Positions 50,263 through 63,992 of a stretch of DNA of 64,000 nucleotides are shown in pieces (the first letter of the stretch is position 1; each line of letters starts with the position of its first letter). Below the pieces are notes generated by a model that did not search any database, was not told the DNA's origin, and worked only from the letters and a program-made list of their open reading frames with translations. The stretch is from Chiloscyllium plagiosum (Eukaryota), in assembly GCF_004010195.1 (NCBI RefSeq), contig NC_057718.1, forward strand, positions 51,293,941 through 51,357,940. Reading direction: 5' to 3'. Both the position numbers and the translations under genes were made by a program.

Positions 50263-50899
50263 ACCCCATGATCTTGGTACTGGTAAAGACAAAGTAAGGA
50301 AGGCAGCTGCTTACTTGTTTCATTACAGTGCAGGAGAGTCATATCCTTCCTCAGTGTCCCAAATACATTCAAACCATTGTTGTGAAGATATTCAATCCAC
50401 TGTTGCATAAATTGCCTCATTGTCAGGATCAAGGACTCATTGCCAACTGAGAAAACGGTGAAACAAATCCAGAGCTCACATGAAGAAAATGTAACTCCTA
50501 CAAGTCAAGGTTGGTTGAAAGGGTGAGTTTCATCCTTTATTTCCTCTTAGACCAGATGAAACTCAGGGTTCATTTGATTAAATGTGTATTCAATCATGCA
50601 TGAGAGATGTACTCTTCAAGAAAATGGTGAATTGGTCAAATCAAAGGTTTTATACTACTTAACAAATAACACACTTTCAATTAACTATTGCTTTAGATAG
50701 TAGTTTCCAATTAAAAGTTTACATGTTTACTCACTCATACTTTTACCCAAATGTGTCACATGTTCACACTGCAGATGAATATATAATATTATCAAATCAT
50801 GTTTGAACAAATACATCTGACAGTATTATTCAATTATATCATTACATGTTCAGATCTCTGTTTATATGTAGTTGTGATTGCAGCTAACATCTTCTGTTT

Positions 50900-51850
50900 A
50901 TTTGGCCCCCATCCCTGCTTCTTCTCCCTCTCACAATTCATCTCCAGAGCTATCACTCTCAACAGAGAGTAAAGGCCAGCAGGAGATTGGAGGAGCAGGA
51001 GATTCAGCTAGAAGCTGAGTCAGTGAGTGAGAGAGGTTGCAACTAGGAGAGTCAGCAGACACACCAAGGCCACACAGGCCTACTAGGAAGGAGGTACTGC
51101 TCCATGGGGGTGTGGATGTCAGCAATGACCTGCCTTGAAAGCAAGAACCTATTGAGTCACCTGTTGAGAAAGCTGATCGTCTGCCTGCTGCAAACCTAGT
51201 GATGAAGAACTCACCTCATTCAGGCTGAATCTTGCAGTACATGTCGGCCTGTGGAACAGCATTTGCAGAGGGGAATGGGGTTGATGCTGGTATTTCTGCT
51301 CTGTTGTTCATCAGAGGTACAAGGTAGAAGGAACATTAGCTGCCAGAGTGAAGGCTGGAAGTGCAGCTGAAAATAAGGGCAGTGTAAGACAATGAAGTGA
51401 CTTTCAAGAGTTTGGCAAACACATGCCAAGCACTGCCAGACTCCTCAGGAGGAATAGTGTGAGGAGGAGTAAAGTACTGGTCATGGGTGAAGCTCTTCAG
51501 CTTCACTAATTAAAAGTATCCCAGCCTGTTAATTTCATTGTTGAAGCATTTTCCCTTTGTGTACTTACCTGAGTGAACTTGGTGATTTAAAAACAACTCG
51601 GGACATAGGACTGAAGGCTGTCAATAGCAGATTCCTTGGCTAACTTTTCACTGTGCTTAATTGCTTATTAGAATTATTGAAATGGTTTGCCTGACACCTG
51701 CATAAGATTCCACACTTGGCTACAACATCACCTGAGGGAAACCCATGAGTGGGCGGGATGATGTCAGGATCCCTGATTCAATGCCACTTTTAAAAGTTTT
51801 AATTCCCCACTGGCATTCAACTCTACCTTCCTTTAGTGTCAAAAATCACC
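50900..51850. mobile_element. Old GC-richer element, possibly a non-autonomous DNA transposon
   Basis: Composition shift; ends in aaaaatcacc, similar to other aaaattcacccc-type termini in the window; no coding match. Confidence 0.25.
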
Positions 51851-53396
51851 TGATTAATTCTTTTGTTGCTCTCTTCCCAAATGTCATATGATTTGGTGAC
51901 TATTTCCATCTTTTCATCTCCAGACCTTTGATTTCTGATCTTATTTTGACTTGAGAAAAAAATAGCACTTGGTTGGCTTTCGGCTTGCTACGCTGTAGGT
52001 GCAAACATCTCAGTATAATATATTTAAAAAAATCTTTATCAATGAGGCTCGTCTTGAAATAAAAGCAAGTTTTAATCTACAAGATATTCTTTCTCATGCA
52101 GCATTCAGATTTACTAAGAGTCTGGGTTCAATGTGGGAAGGGAGACTCGATTCTGTTATTTACAAGTGTTGAAAATAACCATGAGATAGATTTGTAATAC
52201 ATCTCCCCATGGTTTTGCAAGCTGTTTCCTTCTCGATTTGCACTGCCAATTTCACATCAATGGAAATTTTCCACAGAACATGGTACAATTGGGAGTGTTG
52301 AGAAAACAATCATCTTAATAAAGGGTTATGGTGGCATTGCAAAATGCTCATAACCATCATCACCACGCAATGACTATTAAAATGAATAACAAACAAGTAA
52401 ATAATCTACAATGTTGATGCACAATTGCGTTCGGAAGCAAAATGAACGATTATGAGGTTATTGAAAGTTTATGGAGGAATAACAATGAGTCTAAGTCCAG
52501 TGAATCAATATCTTTGCTTAATGAGTATTTGTTCAACAATTGACTTCTATTGTTTGGTAAGGGGTTGCACTCATTTCAAAAGAATCTCACTGTTTCAATT
52601 GCAAAGGAACAAATTTTTCAATTAGGTCCTTTTACAGCCTCAAAACAAGGTATTGCATCAAACAATTTCAGATTAATATTTTCAGCCCTTTCTCTCTGCA
52701 CAGCAGCTGACAATGTTTCCCTTTACATCTCCTCCAGCCCAATCTTCTGTGTCTTTTCTAGTTCCGTTATAATCCTTTTTTTGCATTCTATCATCATTCT
52801 TTCATTAGATCTACCTGCCTTGCAGTCTATGATAGGTCTTGTGTTTTGTTCCTTCTACCCTTCCCTCTTTTCCTATGTCTGTTCCTCCCATGTCATTGGT
52901 TGCATCTCTAAATTATTCTAATTTTGGCTAAAGTTCTTCAATCTGAAATGTTAACTCCATTACTCTCTCTATCAGATGCTATCTGACCTGTTAAGTATTT
53001 GCAGCATTTGCTGGGTTTATACAGAAAAATATTCAATGGTTAGGGAGTAATCTGGTCAATGAAACCACTGTTAAAAAGAAATTACAAAGCTTTTGGTAAG
53101 AAAAAAACCATTCATTTTTGTTGAAATCTTCCCAACAAAAATTACAGTAGTCTTATTTGGTTAGTAAGCAGTTTGCATGTGCTTATGTAATAAATTTCAA
53201 TAAATCTGTTCTTTTTGTCTCATAAACAAATTGTAAAGTTTCTCCATGTGTTCAAGCTATAAGCACTCCCCACTCTTAATCAACTGACAGTATAATACAC
53301 AATGAATCCAAGGATTAACAACAGACTTATCAAAAACCTTCTCAAGAAAATAAAAATGGAACTAAATACCTATAAAAACTACAAATTATACAAATT

Positions 53397-53423
53397 TATA
53401 TATATATATATATATATATATAT
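53397..53423. repeat. (TA)n microsatellite
   Basis: About 13 TA units seen directly. Confidence 0.98.
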
Positions 53424-53439
53424 GGTAGTTTTTTAGCTG

Positions 53440-55095
53440 ATCTGTATTTACTGTGGAAAAGGATATGGAAGATATAGACTGTAGGGAAGTAGATGGTGAC
53501 ATCTTGCAAAATGTCCAGATTACAGAGAAGGAAGTGCTGGATGTCTTGAAACGGTTAAAGGTAGATAAATCCCCAGGACCTGATCAGGTGTACCCGAGAA
53601 CTTTGTTGGGAAGCTAGAGAAGTGACTGCTGGGCCTCTTGCTGAGATATTTGTATCATCGATAGTCACTGTGAGGTGTTGGAAGACTGGAGGTTAGCAAA
53701 CGTGGTGCCACTGTTTAAGAAGGGCGGTAAAGACAAGCCAGGGAACTATAGACCGGTGAGCCTGACCTCAGTGGTGGGCAAGTTGTTGGAGGGAATCCTG
53801 AGGGACAGGGTGTACATGTATTTGGAAAGGCAAGGACTGATTCGGGATAGTCAACATGGCTTTGTGCGTGGGAAATCATGTCTCACAAACTTGATTGAGT
53901 TTTTTGAAGAAGTAACAAAGAAGATTGATGAGGGCAGAGCAGTAGATGTAATCTATATGGACTTCAGTAAGGCATTTGACAAGGTTCCCCATGGGAGACT
54001 GATAAGCAAGGTTAGATCTCATGGAATATAGGGAGAAGTAGCCATTTGGATACAGGACTGGCTCAAAGGTAGAAGACAGAGGGTGATGGTGGAGGGTTGT
54101 TTTTCAGACTGGAGGCCTGTGACCAGTGGAGTGCCACAAGGATCGGTGCTGGGCCCTCTACTTTTGTCATTTACATAAATGATTTGGATGCGAGCATAAG
54201 AGGTACAGCTAGTAAGTTTGAAGGGGACAACAAAATTGGAGGTGTAGTGGACAGTGAAGAGGGTTACCTCAGATTACAACAGGATCTGGACCAGATGGGC
54301 CAATGGGCTGAGAAGTGGCAGATGAAGTTTAATTCAGATAAATGCGAGGTGCTGCATTTTGGGAAAGCAAATCTTACAGGACTTATACACTTAATGGTAA
54401 GGTCCTAGGGAGTGTTGCTGAACAAAGAGACCTTGGAGTGCAGGTTCATAGCTCCTTGAAAGTGAAGTCGCAGGTAGATAGGATAGTGAAGAAGGTGTTT
54501 GGTATGCTTTCCTTTATTGGTCAGAGTGTTAAGTACAGGAGCTGGGACTGTTGGAATATTGCGTGCAATTCTGGTCTCCTTCCTATTGGAAAGATGTTGT
54601 GAAACTTGAATGGGTTCAGAAAAGATTTACAGGGATGTTGCCAGGATTGGAGGATCTGAGCTACAGGCTGGACAGGCTGGGGCTGTTTTCCCTGGAGCGT
54701 CGGAGGCTGAGGGGTGACCTTATAGAGGTTTACAAAGTTATGAGGGGCATGGATAGGATAAATAGATAAAGTCTTTTCCTAGGGGTCGGGGAGTCCAGAA
54801 CTAGAGGGCATAGGTTTAGAGTGAGAGGGGAAAGATATAAAAGAGACCTCAGAGGCAAAATTTTCACACAGAGGGTGGTACGTGTATGGAATGAGCTGCC
54901 AGACGATGTGTTGGAGGCTGGTACAATTGCAACATTTAAGAGGCATTTGGATAGGTATATGAATAGGAAGGGTTTGGAAGGATATTGGCCGAGTGCTGGC
55001 AGGTGGGACTAGTTTGGATTGGGATATCTGTTCGGCATGGATGGGTTGGACTGAAGGGTCTGTTTCCATGCTGTACATCTCTATGACTCTATGAC
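53440..55095 (+). mobile_element. Young CR1 LINE, 5'-truncated (RT domain to 3' tail), disrupted
   Basis: KSPGPD, DWRLANVVPLFKKG, QHGFVRGKSCLTNL, YMDFSKAFDKVPH, GVPQGS; catalytic FADD reads FEGD; (ctctatga)n tail. Confidence 0.97.
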
Positions 55096-55289
55096 ACCAT
55101 GGGCAAAATGATCTTTCTTGCTTTGTCTCTGTGCTAAATAGCAAGGCAAGACCGATGAAATATTAGTCTGGTAAACCTGGCTAAGGAGACAAAGCACAAA
55201 AAATAATCAAGGCAGAGTAGGGATGCTGTAAGTATTCAGATGGACTTAGAGTGAGTGACCACTATGTCAGCAAGCAAAGATTCAGGAAA

Positions 55290-55450
55290 TGCCTGATGTC
55301 TGATCCAGTCCATGAGCTGGGTGTGTGTTCCAGACAGCAGAGTTTCTTGCAGTAGAATTACAATGATTGTTGTCGGTGCAGAGGTAAATTGCAGAAGCTT
55401 CCTGTATTTGGATTGGAGATGTACCATGAGAATTCTTAGAGGCTGGCACG
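55290..55450 (-). mobile_element. Possible old LINE endonuclease N-terminus
   Basis: PLRILMVHLQSKYRKLLQF...IIVILLQETLL resembles the APE N-terminal LQET motif. Confidence 0.4.
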
Positions 55451-56512
55451 TCTTATGAAAATGTCCATGGACATGGCGTGGGCAATGCACATGTGGCATG
55501 CCCTGACATACTGGTGTTCATTGTCCAATACAGAGGTCCTTCAGAGCAAATGGTGAGGTGAAGTCATATCTGCTCTGACTTCCGTGTAAAGAATTCTCAA
55601 TGTCTACTGTGTTCAGCGCATTTGGTAAAATAGGAAGCTCAATCTTATTGAGGTAAGTTGAGGCATTAATCCTCAATGTTGCCTGGTGAAAAACTGAGGC
55701 AAAAACAAAAAGAGATGCTGCATGGTGCTCCTGACATCAGGACAAGCCTTGCCTGATATCCCTTTGAATTCCACCACAGTTGTTTGCATAGTCCACAGCA
55801 CTCAGATCCCTGAAAGATTCTGCCCACTGATCATGTGTAACAGTCATGGAAATCTAAAATTTTCTCTCCCAAAAATCTTCTGAAGAATAGGCTACTTCAA
55901 TATTTCAAATATGAGATTGCTAGATTTTTGTTCAATAAAACTTATGGCACTGAGGCAGGTAAATTGAGTTTAGAAATAGATCAGTCGAAGGGCTCAGTGG
56001 TCTTTCTACATTCCTGTAGGCTAATAAAATACTAGAGTGCTAAGGAACACAACAATGTGCAATTATGAATTTAAGTCCACAAGGAATAGGGTTCATTGTT
56101 TAATCTTGTTTCATGCTGCAGTCTGTTGGATGTGTGAGATTCCATTATTGTGTAAGCTAACCCTATGTCTCCAGGGTGAAAGGGCAATGATCCAACTCAA
56201 TTAGCCACCTACTTTATCGTCAAGACAATATTAAAATGATAATTCTTAGGGAACTCTATAAAACCTCTGTAAGCCATTATCTCCTTTTGTTGAAACATAA
56301 GACTATTCTACTCAACAAGCTTAACATCGTGCAACTTTAATGAAACCAGATCTGACTCTGTTTCAGGTTTCATGTAATGATTCAGGAAATAAACAGCTGA
56401 AAAGTAATGCATTATAAGTGAAGCCAACTTGAGCACGGTACTCTCTATAATCTCAGTGGGTTCAAATATAAACCACACCACAGGTTTGCTCAGAAACTAT
56501 GCTCTAAATTCC

Positions 56513-56745
56513 TGAAACAACAACAAAAAGTGCTAGAGAAACTCAGCAGGTCTGGTAGCACATGTAGAGAGAAAAACAGAGGTAATATTTTCAGTCTGGT
56601 GACCCTTCACCAGAAGTGTTCCGATAAAGGGGTCACCCTGTACTTGAAACACTGTTTTTCTTGCTACACGTGCTACCAGACCTGCTGCGTTTCTCCAGCA
56701 CTTTTAATTTTTGTTTCAGATTTTCAGCATCCACAGTTCTTTATC
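56513..56745. mobile_element. Palindromic Penelope-derived element
   Basis: aaaagtgctagagaaactcagcaggtctggtagcacatgtag pairs with ctacacgtgctaccagacctgctgcgtttctccagcactttt; centre gtgacccttcaccagaa...ttccgataaaggggtcac. Confidence 0.8.
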
Positions 56746-57862
56746 TTTATTTCACTATAAATTTTTGATCTGGCCTCTAGTTTCTTGTTAGGAACAATTT
56801 CTTGAATCTGTTAAATAAAGTGCTTACATTTTACATATAAAAGGAAAAAAAGGCAAAAAAAGTAAATTGGGCTTCCATTGATTTTTCGCAACACATACAG
56901 TGAACAGCTGAATGTTTTTTTGCTAAAATTGGAAGTGTCCTTGAGGAGCTTGAGGAAGGCAGGATCATATTGGCACATCACAGAGTGGAACTGAACTTGC
57001 CATCAGTAAATAGGAAAGGAGCAAAGCATAATTTGAAATGAAGAAAGAAGAACACCGTATTTTCAATTCAGGGAGAGATAGAAAAAGCATCACTTTGAAC
57101 ACGAAGAAATGGAATAATAGTCCCAAATAAATAGCTTGACTATAGAGAAGTGAAGCAGTTGAATTGTCAAAGGTGAGGAAAAAATCCTAAGAATTGGGAT
57201 GTTTGAACAAGAGAGGAAGGAAGAAGTTGCACCCAGGAGTTCTCCAAACTAAGGAAAAGTGCAAAGGACATCAGTTGGAAGCAAAATTAGGTGGAGTGTA
57301 CAAGTGGCTTATCTACTGCAGCCACTTACACACCCAAAAGGGAAGTTAAAGTCTGTCCCTATAATCTATAACATCTGTTAGACAAAGTTTATACGATGAA
57401 ATATTCTGTGAAAGTATCCAGGCTGTCTGCTTTGTGTATATATACAAATTGCATTAAATTGACATGTTCCTGAGTATACTTAGAATGTCTTCAGCTCTTT
57501 CAAATATATGAGGGAGATGTCCCATTCGAACAGCACAGTGTGTTTATCAAGTCTTTCCCCCTGCCCAAATGGACTGCAGCATTTCAAGAAGACAATCACC
57601 AATACCTTCGCAGAGCCAATTGGGGATGAGCAATAAATTCTGGTCTCACCCACAATGCCCATATTCTGTGAACAAATTTTTTAAAAAGTCGGTTTACTTA
57701 ATAAGTATTCTACCTATTGTTTCAAATATGCTGTATTGGAAATTACTTGTTTATTCTAATGAGAAAAAAGGTGCATCATAATGTAACTTGACTTTGTAGT
57801 CAGCAAGAATCAATGAAAAATGCATGCATCACAGACTGAAAGACTACAATTCACTGTTGATA

Positions 57863-58202
57863 ATAGAATCAGAGGATCCCTCGGGTGGAACAGGCATTTC
57901 GGCCCATTGAGTCCACACTGGCCCTCCAAAGAGCATCCCCATTGGACCTAAACCTATCCTCCCCTATCCCTGCGTTTCCCATGGCCAATCCACCTAAACT
58001 ACAAATCCTTGGACACTTTGGGCAATTTAACATGGCCAATCCACCTTAGCTGCACAACTTTGGACTGTAGGAGGAAACTAGAGCACCGGGAGGAAACCCA
58101 TACAGACATATAGTGTGTGCAAAATCCACACAGACAATCGCCTGAGGGTGGAATTGAATGCACATTCCTTATGCTGTGAGGCAGCAATGCTAACCACTGA
58201 GT
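57863..58202 (-). mobile_element. HE1-type SINE variant with an internal ~50-bp tandem repeat
   Basis: catggccaatccacct...ttggac occurs twice; otherwise matches the HE1 body and head. Confidence 0.85.
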
Positions 58203-59741
58203 AAATCAATAATTAAAATACAGGCCTATTGCTGAACTAAGTTTTTGTAACTTGAAAAAATTGTCCCAATACAGCTTCGGCACAAACATGGCAATGTGGC
58301 CTGCTGCTGAATTTGTGCTTTTGGTGCTCTGTAGTTATTGTGTAAAATTATTGTACATTAAAATAGAAATCTCTCCCCAGTGGAAATATTTTGCCTTTCC
58401 ACTTGGTTTCCTTCGAACACAACACTGTCTGCAGAATGCTGCACTCAATGGCACTCAATGTGCATTGAAGCAGCAATGCACTATATCAACTCTTTCATTT
58501 TTTTTAGAATAAGACATGTCACAATTTATAGCATCCAAACAGCGATTAAGAGTAACAGCTTTGACTCATATTGATATTCTTTCTGTATTTTCATTATTCT
58601 GGAAACAAAATCAAGAAGACTTAAAGATCTTCATTTCACAATATTATACAGCACATTTCATTAAGACTCCAAGTTTTTCAACACTGCCAGGCATATTGTA
58701 CCTAACAGGACTGCAATAACACATTATGCCTCAATGACAGGGTCATTTAAGTCTGACAAGATAATTTACTTGTCTGTTCACAGCACCTTGAGTAGTTGGA
58801 CAAGTTGTCAATGAAGAATGCTGACAGTTTGGCAGTTGTTCAGGGTTGAGGGTTATTCAGGTCAACCCTACTTAATATATTCTAAAATTATGTATTATAC
58901 ATTAATCAATTCATAAAGCAATGCTTGGCACTGGATACTTGACTTTTCTTTAATGGAGGATTTATAGGTAGTCTGTTAGGAATGTTAAAAACACCACTCT
59001 GTATTTTTTGGTAAAGTGGACAAAAATATCCAATTTCAAATTAACATAGGATAAAATTAATGAAGCAACTTATCTATACATTCAAAAAGTGTCAACATCA
59101 GTTTTATTTAACAAAATATTGGTGATGCAGCCTTATAATTCTGAACATGTTGTGAAAAATTATTGCACTGCGTTAGGAATCATTTGATTGTTATGTACAC
59201 TCTCAATGTAATAATGCAATTATATATTGCTGAAGGAGATAATAAATATTCCTGTATTAAAATGTCAAAAGTGTCCTTTCTATTTCTGATAACCTTCAAA
59301 ACAATTTAAGTACAGCAGTACAAAGGAAAAACTATATTAAGTGATCATAAAAAGCACATATGTGAAGGAACACACTTTGCATTGCAGTTCAATATTTCTA
59401 AGTGACCATCCACACAAATCAACTTTGATTGTACAATGTTTAGTTTGGTAATCTGTGTACTATATACTTGGAATTTATATATTCTCAGAGGTTTGAAGAT
59501 TTATAGTTACAAAGCAATTCTATCAGTATCACATTACTACATATTTCTCAATGGTTATGTTCTTCTAATTCTGTATTTTCTTACACATCACTAATCTGTT
59601 CGGCTCTGGGGTGGATCTTAAAAACATTAGAACATAAAAGGTCCCAATGGGAATTCCTGCCCCGGCTATTTTTTTCTGGTATGGGAGAAGAGTGTGTGGG
59701 TATACCATACATTCTCAATCTGGCTTGTTATATTGTACAGA

Positions 59742-60136
59742 AAGTGAAGACCACAGATCCTGGAGATCAGAATCAAAAGGTGTGGCACTGGAAAAGCACA
59801 ACAGGTCAGGCAGCATCCGAAGAGCAGGAGAGTCACCATTTCGAATATGAGCTCTTCATCAGGAATGTGGAGGGGACAAGAGGGCTGAGAGATAAATGGG
59901 AGAGGGTGGGGCTGGAGAGAAGGTAGCTCTGAAATTGATTGGCGGATGAAGGTGGGGGTGATGGTAATAGGTCAGAGCGGAGGGTGGAAGGGATAGGTGG
60001 GAAAGACGATGGACAGGTGGGACAGGTCAACAGGGCAGTGCCAAGTTGGAGGGTTCGATCTGGGATAAGGTGGAGCCAATAGGTATGGTACTGGAAAAGC
60101 ACAGTCAGTCAGGCAGCATCCGAGGAGCAGGAGAAT
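59742..60136 (-). mobile_element. Longer Penelope-derived terminal fragment with partial tandem duplication
   Basis: Family body, degenerate hammerhead (minus strand cCTGATGAagag...ttcGAAA), purine-rich UTR, second copy of ctggaaaagcac...ggcagcatccga at ~60090-60135. Confidence 0.75.
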
Positions 60137-60307
60137 TGGGACAGGCACGTCCTCGGCCCAGACATTCTGTGGAGTCCGTAAGACCCAAAGGACTCCACGG
60201 ACTTTCTCAAGGGGAGTTATGAACTATAGTGTGATTTTGGAAACCTTTTGAAAGGTAACTTCCAGAAGATCTTACCCATGCCACCCTTGACTCCTCTATG
60301 CTCACAT

Positions 60308-62492
60308 ATCAGGTGTACCCGAGAACTCTGTGGGAAGCTAGACAAGTGATTGCTGGGCCTCTTGCTAAGATATTTGTATCATCGATAGTCATAGGTGAGG
60401 TGCCAGAAGACTGGAGGTTGGCCAACGTGGTGCCACTGTTTAAGAAGGGCGGTAAAGACAAGCCAGGGAACTATAGACTGGGGAGCCTGACCTCAGTGGT
60501 GGGCAAGTTGTTGGAAGGAATCCTGAGGGACAGGATGTACATATATTTGGAAAGGCAAGGACTGATTCGGGATAGTCAACATGGCTTTGTGCGAGGGAAA
60601 TCATGTCACACAAACTTGACTGAGTTTTTTGAAGAAGTAACAAAGAAGATTGATGAGGGCAGAGCATTAGATGTGATCTATATGGACTTCAGTATGGCAT
60701 TCGACAAGGTTCCCCATGGCAGACTGATTAGCAAGCTTAGATCTTATGGAATACAGGGAGAACTAGCCATTTGGATACAGAACTGGCTCAAAGGTAGAAG
60801 ACAGAGGGTGGTGGTGGAGGGTTGTTTTTCAGACTGGAGGCCTGTGACCAGTGGAGTGCCACAAGGATCATAAGACCATAAGACATAGGAGTGGAAGTAA
60901 GGCCATTCGGCCCATCGAGTCCACTCCGCCATTCAATTATGGCTGATGCGCATTTCAGCTCCACTTACCAGCGTTCTCCCCATAGCCCTTAATTCCTCTA
61001 GACAACACGAATCTATCAATCTCGGCCTTGAAGACATTTAGCGTCCCGGCTTCCACTGCACTCCGTGGCAATGAATTCCACAGGCCCACCACTCTCTGGC
61101 TGAAGAAATATCTCCGCATTTCTGTTCTGAAATGACCCCCTCTAATTCTAAGGCTGTGTCCACGGGTCCTAGTCTCCTCGTCTAACGGAAACAATTTCCT
61201 AGCATCCACCTTTTCCAAGCCATGTATTATTTTGTACGTCTCTATTAAGTCTCCCCTTAATCTTCTAAACTCCAACAAATACAATCCCAGTATCCTCAGC
61301 CGTTCCTCATATGTTAGACCTGTCATTCCAGGGATCATCCGTGTAAATCTCCGCTGGACACGTTCCAGTGCCAGTATGTCCTTCCTGAGGTACTGGACAC
61401 AGTACTCCAAATGGGGCCTAACCAGAGCTTTATAAAGTCTTAGTAGTACATCTCTGCTATTATATTCCAACCCTCTTGAGATAAGAGACAACACTGCATT
61501 CGCTTTCTTAATCACGGACTCAACCTGCATGTTTACCTTTAGAGAATCCTCGACTAGCACTCCCAGATCCCTTTGTGCTTTAGCTTTATTAATTTTCTCA
61601 CCATTTAGAAAGTAGTCAATGCTTTTATTCTTTTTGCCAAAGTGCAAGAACTCGTACTTGCTCACGTTAAATTCCATCAGCTAATTTAGATAAATGCGAG
61701 GTGCTGCATTTTGGGAAAGCAAATCTTAGCAGGGCTTATACACTTAATGGTAAGTTCGTAGGGAGTGTTGCTGAACAAAGAGACCTTGGAGTGCAGGTTC
61801 ATAGCTCCTTGAAAGTGGAGTCGCAGGTAGATTGGATAGTGAAGAAGGCGTTTGGTATGCTTTCCTTTATTGGTCAGAGTACTGAGTACAGGAGTTGGGA
61901 GCGCATGTTGCGACTGTACAGGACATTGGTTAGGCCACTGTTGGAATATTGCATGCAGTTCTGGTCTCCTTCCTATCAGAATGATGTTGTGAAACTTGAA
62001 AGGGTTCAGAAAAGATTTACAAGGATGTTGCCAGGGTTGGAGGATTTGAGCTATAGGGAGAGGCTGAACAGGTGGGGCTGCTTTTCCCTGGAGCGTCAGA
62101 GGCTGAGGGGTGACCTTTTGGATGTTTACAAAATTATGAGGGTCACAGATAGGATAAATAGGCAAAGTCTTTTCCCTGGGGTCAGGGAGTCCAGAACTGG
62201 AGGGCATAGGTTTAAGGTGAGAGGGGAAACATATAAAAGAGACCTAAGGGGGAACATTTTCACGCAGAGGTTGGTATGTGTATTGAATGAGCCAGAGGAA
62301 GTGGTGGAGGCTGGTACAATTGCAACATTTAAGAGTCATTTGAATGGGTATATGAATAGGGAGGGTTTGGAGAGATATGGGCCGGGTGTTGGCAGGTAGG
62401 ACTAGATTGGGTTGGGATATCTGGTCAGTATGGACGGGTTGGACCGAAGTGTCTGTTTCCGTGCTGTACATCTCTATGACTCTATGACTCTA
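60308..62492 (+). mobile_element. Young CR1 LINE (same subfamily as 53440) split by an inverted CR1
   Basis: ORF 60298-60873 ends at GVPQGS; ORF 61701-62399 resumes at LHFGK; (ctctatga)n tail. Confidence 0.95.
60870..61682 (-). mobile_element. CR1 LINE 3' end of a different subfamily with an open 240-codon ORF2 C-terminus
   Basis: ORF 60955-61677 MEFNVSKYEFLHFG...GIKGYGENAGKWS; (tcttatgg)n tail. Confidence 0.95.
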
Positions 62493-63299
62493 TATGCCCT
62501 ATGCATATGCTTCCTTGTCAATTTAATGTCTACCCCTGCTCTCTGTACATCCCCAGTGCCCCTTACAGCCCTGTTGCAAATTAATACCCACTCATCTCCC
62601 AATGCGCAAGGTCCCTTAAACCTCCCTTGCCAGCTTAATGCAAAATAACTACCCTATCTCCAAGGCTACTTATACTCTCCATGCCAAATGATGACATTTT
62701 TATGATGATTCATTCAGTAAATACTTTATATGGATCCACTGAGCATTGCAGAGATAATGGTATATTATTATTATTTCAAAAAGATCATAATTTTCTTTCA
62801 AGAAAACTCCTGCCACAAGAATCCTGTAGAAGTGTCAATATAAACAGACATGTAAGTGAATGTATCCAAACAACATTATATTACACAAATCAACTGAGAC
62901 AAAAGTTGGCCAAGTCTGATCTGCGTCTGAGGCCTGACTCCACCCAACCACACCAAAATTAAAATCACATTTTTTCCTGCTGCAGGTGCACAAACTAGGA
63001 AATTTCCCAACTCTGGCAAAAATTCACCCCAACCTTGTTTATTCCCTTCTCACATGCATATATTATTACCTCCCTAAATACTAATTATACCATCCATTCA
63101 TGACTACTGCATTTTTTCTTATAATTTCACAATATTCTAAGCCTTTGTTTCCTGCAGATATTAATTTTATGGAGAATGTTGATTCTCTGGCCCTTCTTCA
63201 TGTTAATCTACTGCACAAACTACAAAATTCTACCTTTTCTCACCATCCATAAAAGAGTTTATGATTCATTGGATTACATCCCTGCCTCTGAACCAACAG

Positions 63300-63992
63300 C
63301 TCCAAGATTCAAGTTACAAAGCAAGAAGGCACACTCAAAGTGACCAAAGAGGACAATGAGATTTGGAAGTTCAGGTGCACGTGTTTTTAAAATGGTGCAG
63401 ACATTAATCAAGAAAACTAATGGAATGTTTGCCTTTATATCTGGAGGACTAGAGTATAAGGACACAGAAGTTATTTTGCACTAGTGCAAAACTCTAAATA
63501 GACCCCACTTGGAGTACTGTGAGTGGGTGGGTACAATATAGGTTTACAAGAATGATTCCTGAAGTTGAGAGGTTTAATTATGAGGAGAAATTATACAAAT
63601 TAGGCTTGTTTTCTCCAGTAGTTAAAAGTTAAAGGGTGATCTGATTTAAATTTTCAACATTGCAACAGGCAAAGACACGGTCGATAAAGTATTTCCACTA
63701 GTTGGCGATTATAGAAATAGGGACCATAGATTAAAAATTAAGACCAGACCATTCAGGAAAGATGTTCGGAAGCACTTCTACACACAAAGAATGGGAGAAT
63801 TTTGGAATTCACTTCCATACATGCAGTGATATTAGATCAGTTGTTAATTTTAAATCTGAGACACAAAGTTTTGTTAAACAAAGATATTTAGGGATGTGGG
63901 CCAAGTATCCAGATGGAGTTCGGTCATACATCAGCCATGATCTCATTGAATAGTAGAATAAGGGGCTAAATGGCCTTTTCCTGTTCCTATGT
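63300..63992 (+). mobile_element. Old CR1 3' end
   Basis: KKTNGMFAFISGGLEYK, RPHLEYCE, RKHFYTQR; 3' UTR ggctaaatggccttttcctgttcctatg. Confidence 0.85.

Noticed and set aside
52550..52921. 123-aa hydrophobic ORF
   Set aside because: Product of a pyrimidine-rich tract with a non-ATG start
61686..62207. 173-aa minus-strand ORF and similar ORFs at 54779, 48330 and 3179
   Set aside because: Antisense frames of CR1 ORF2
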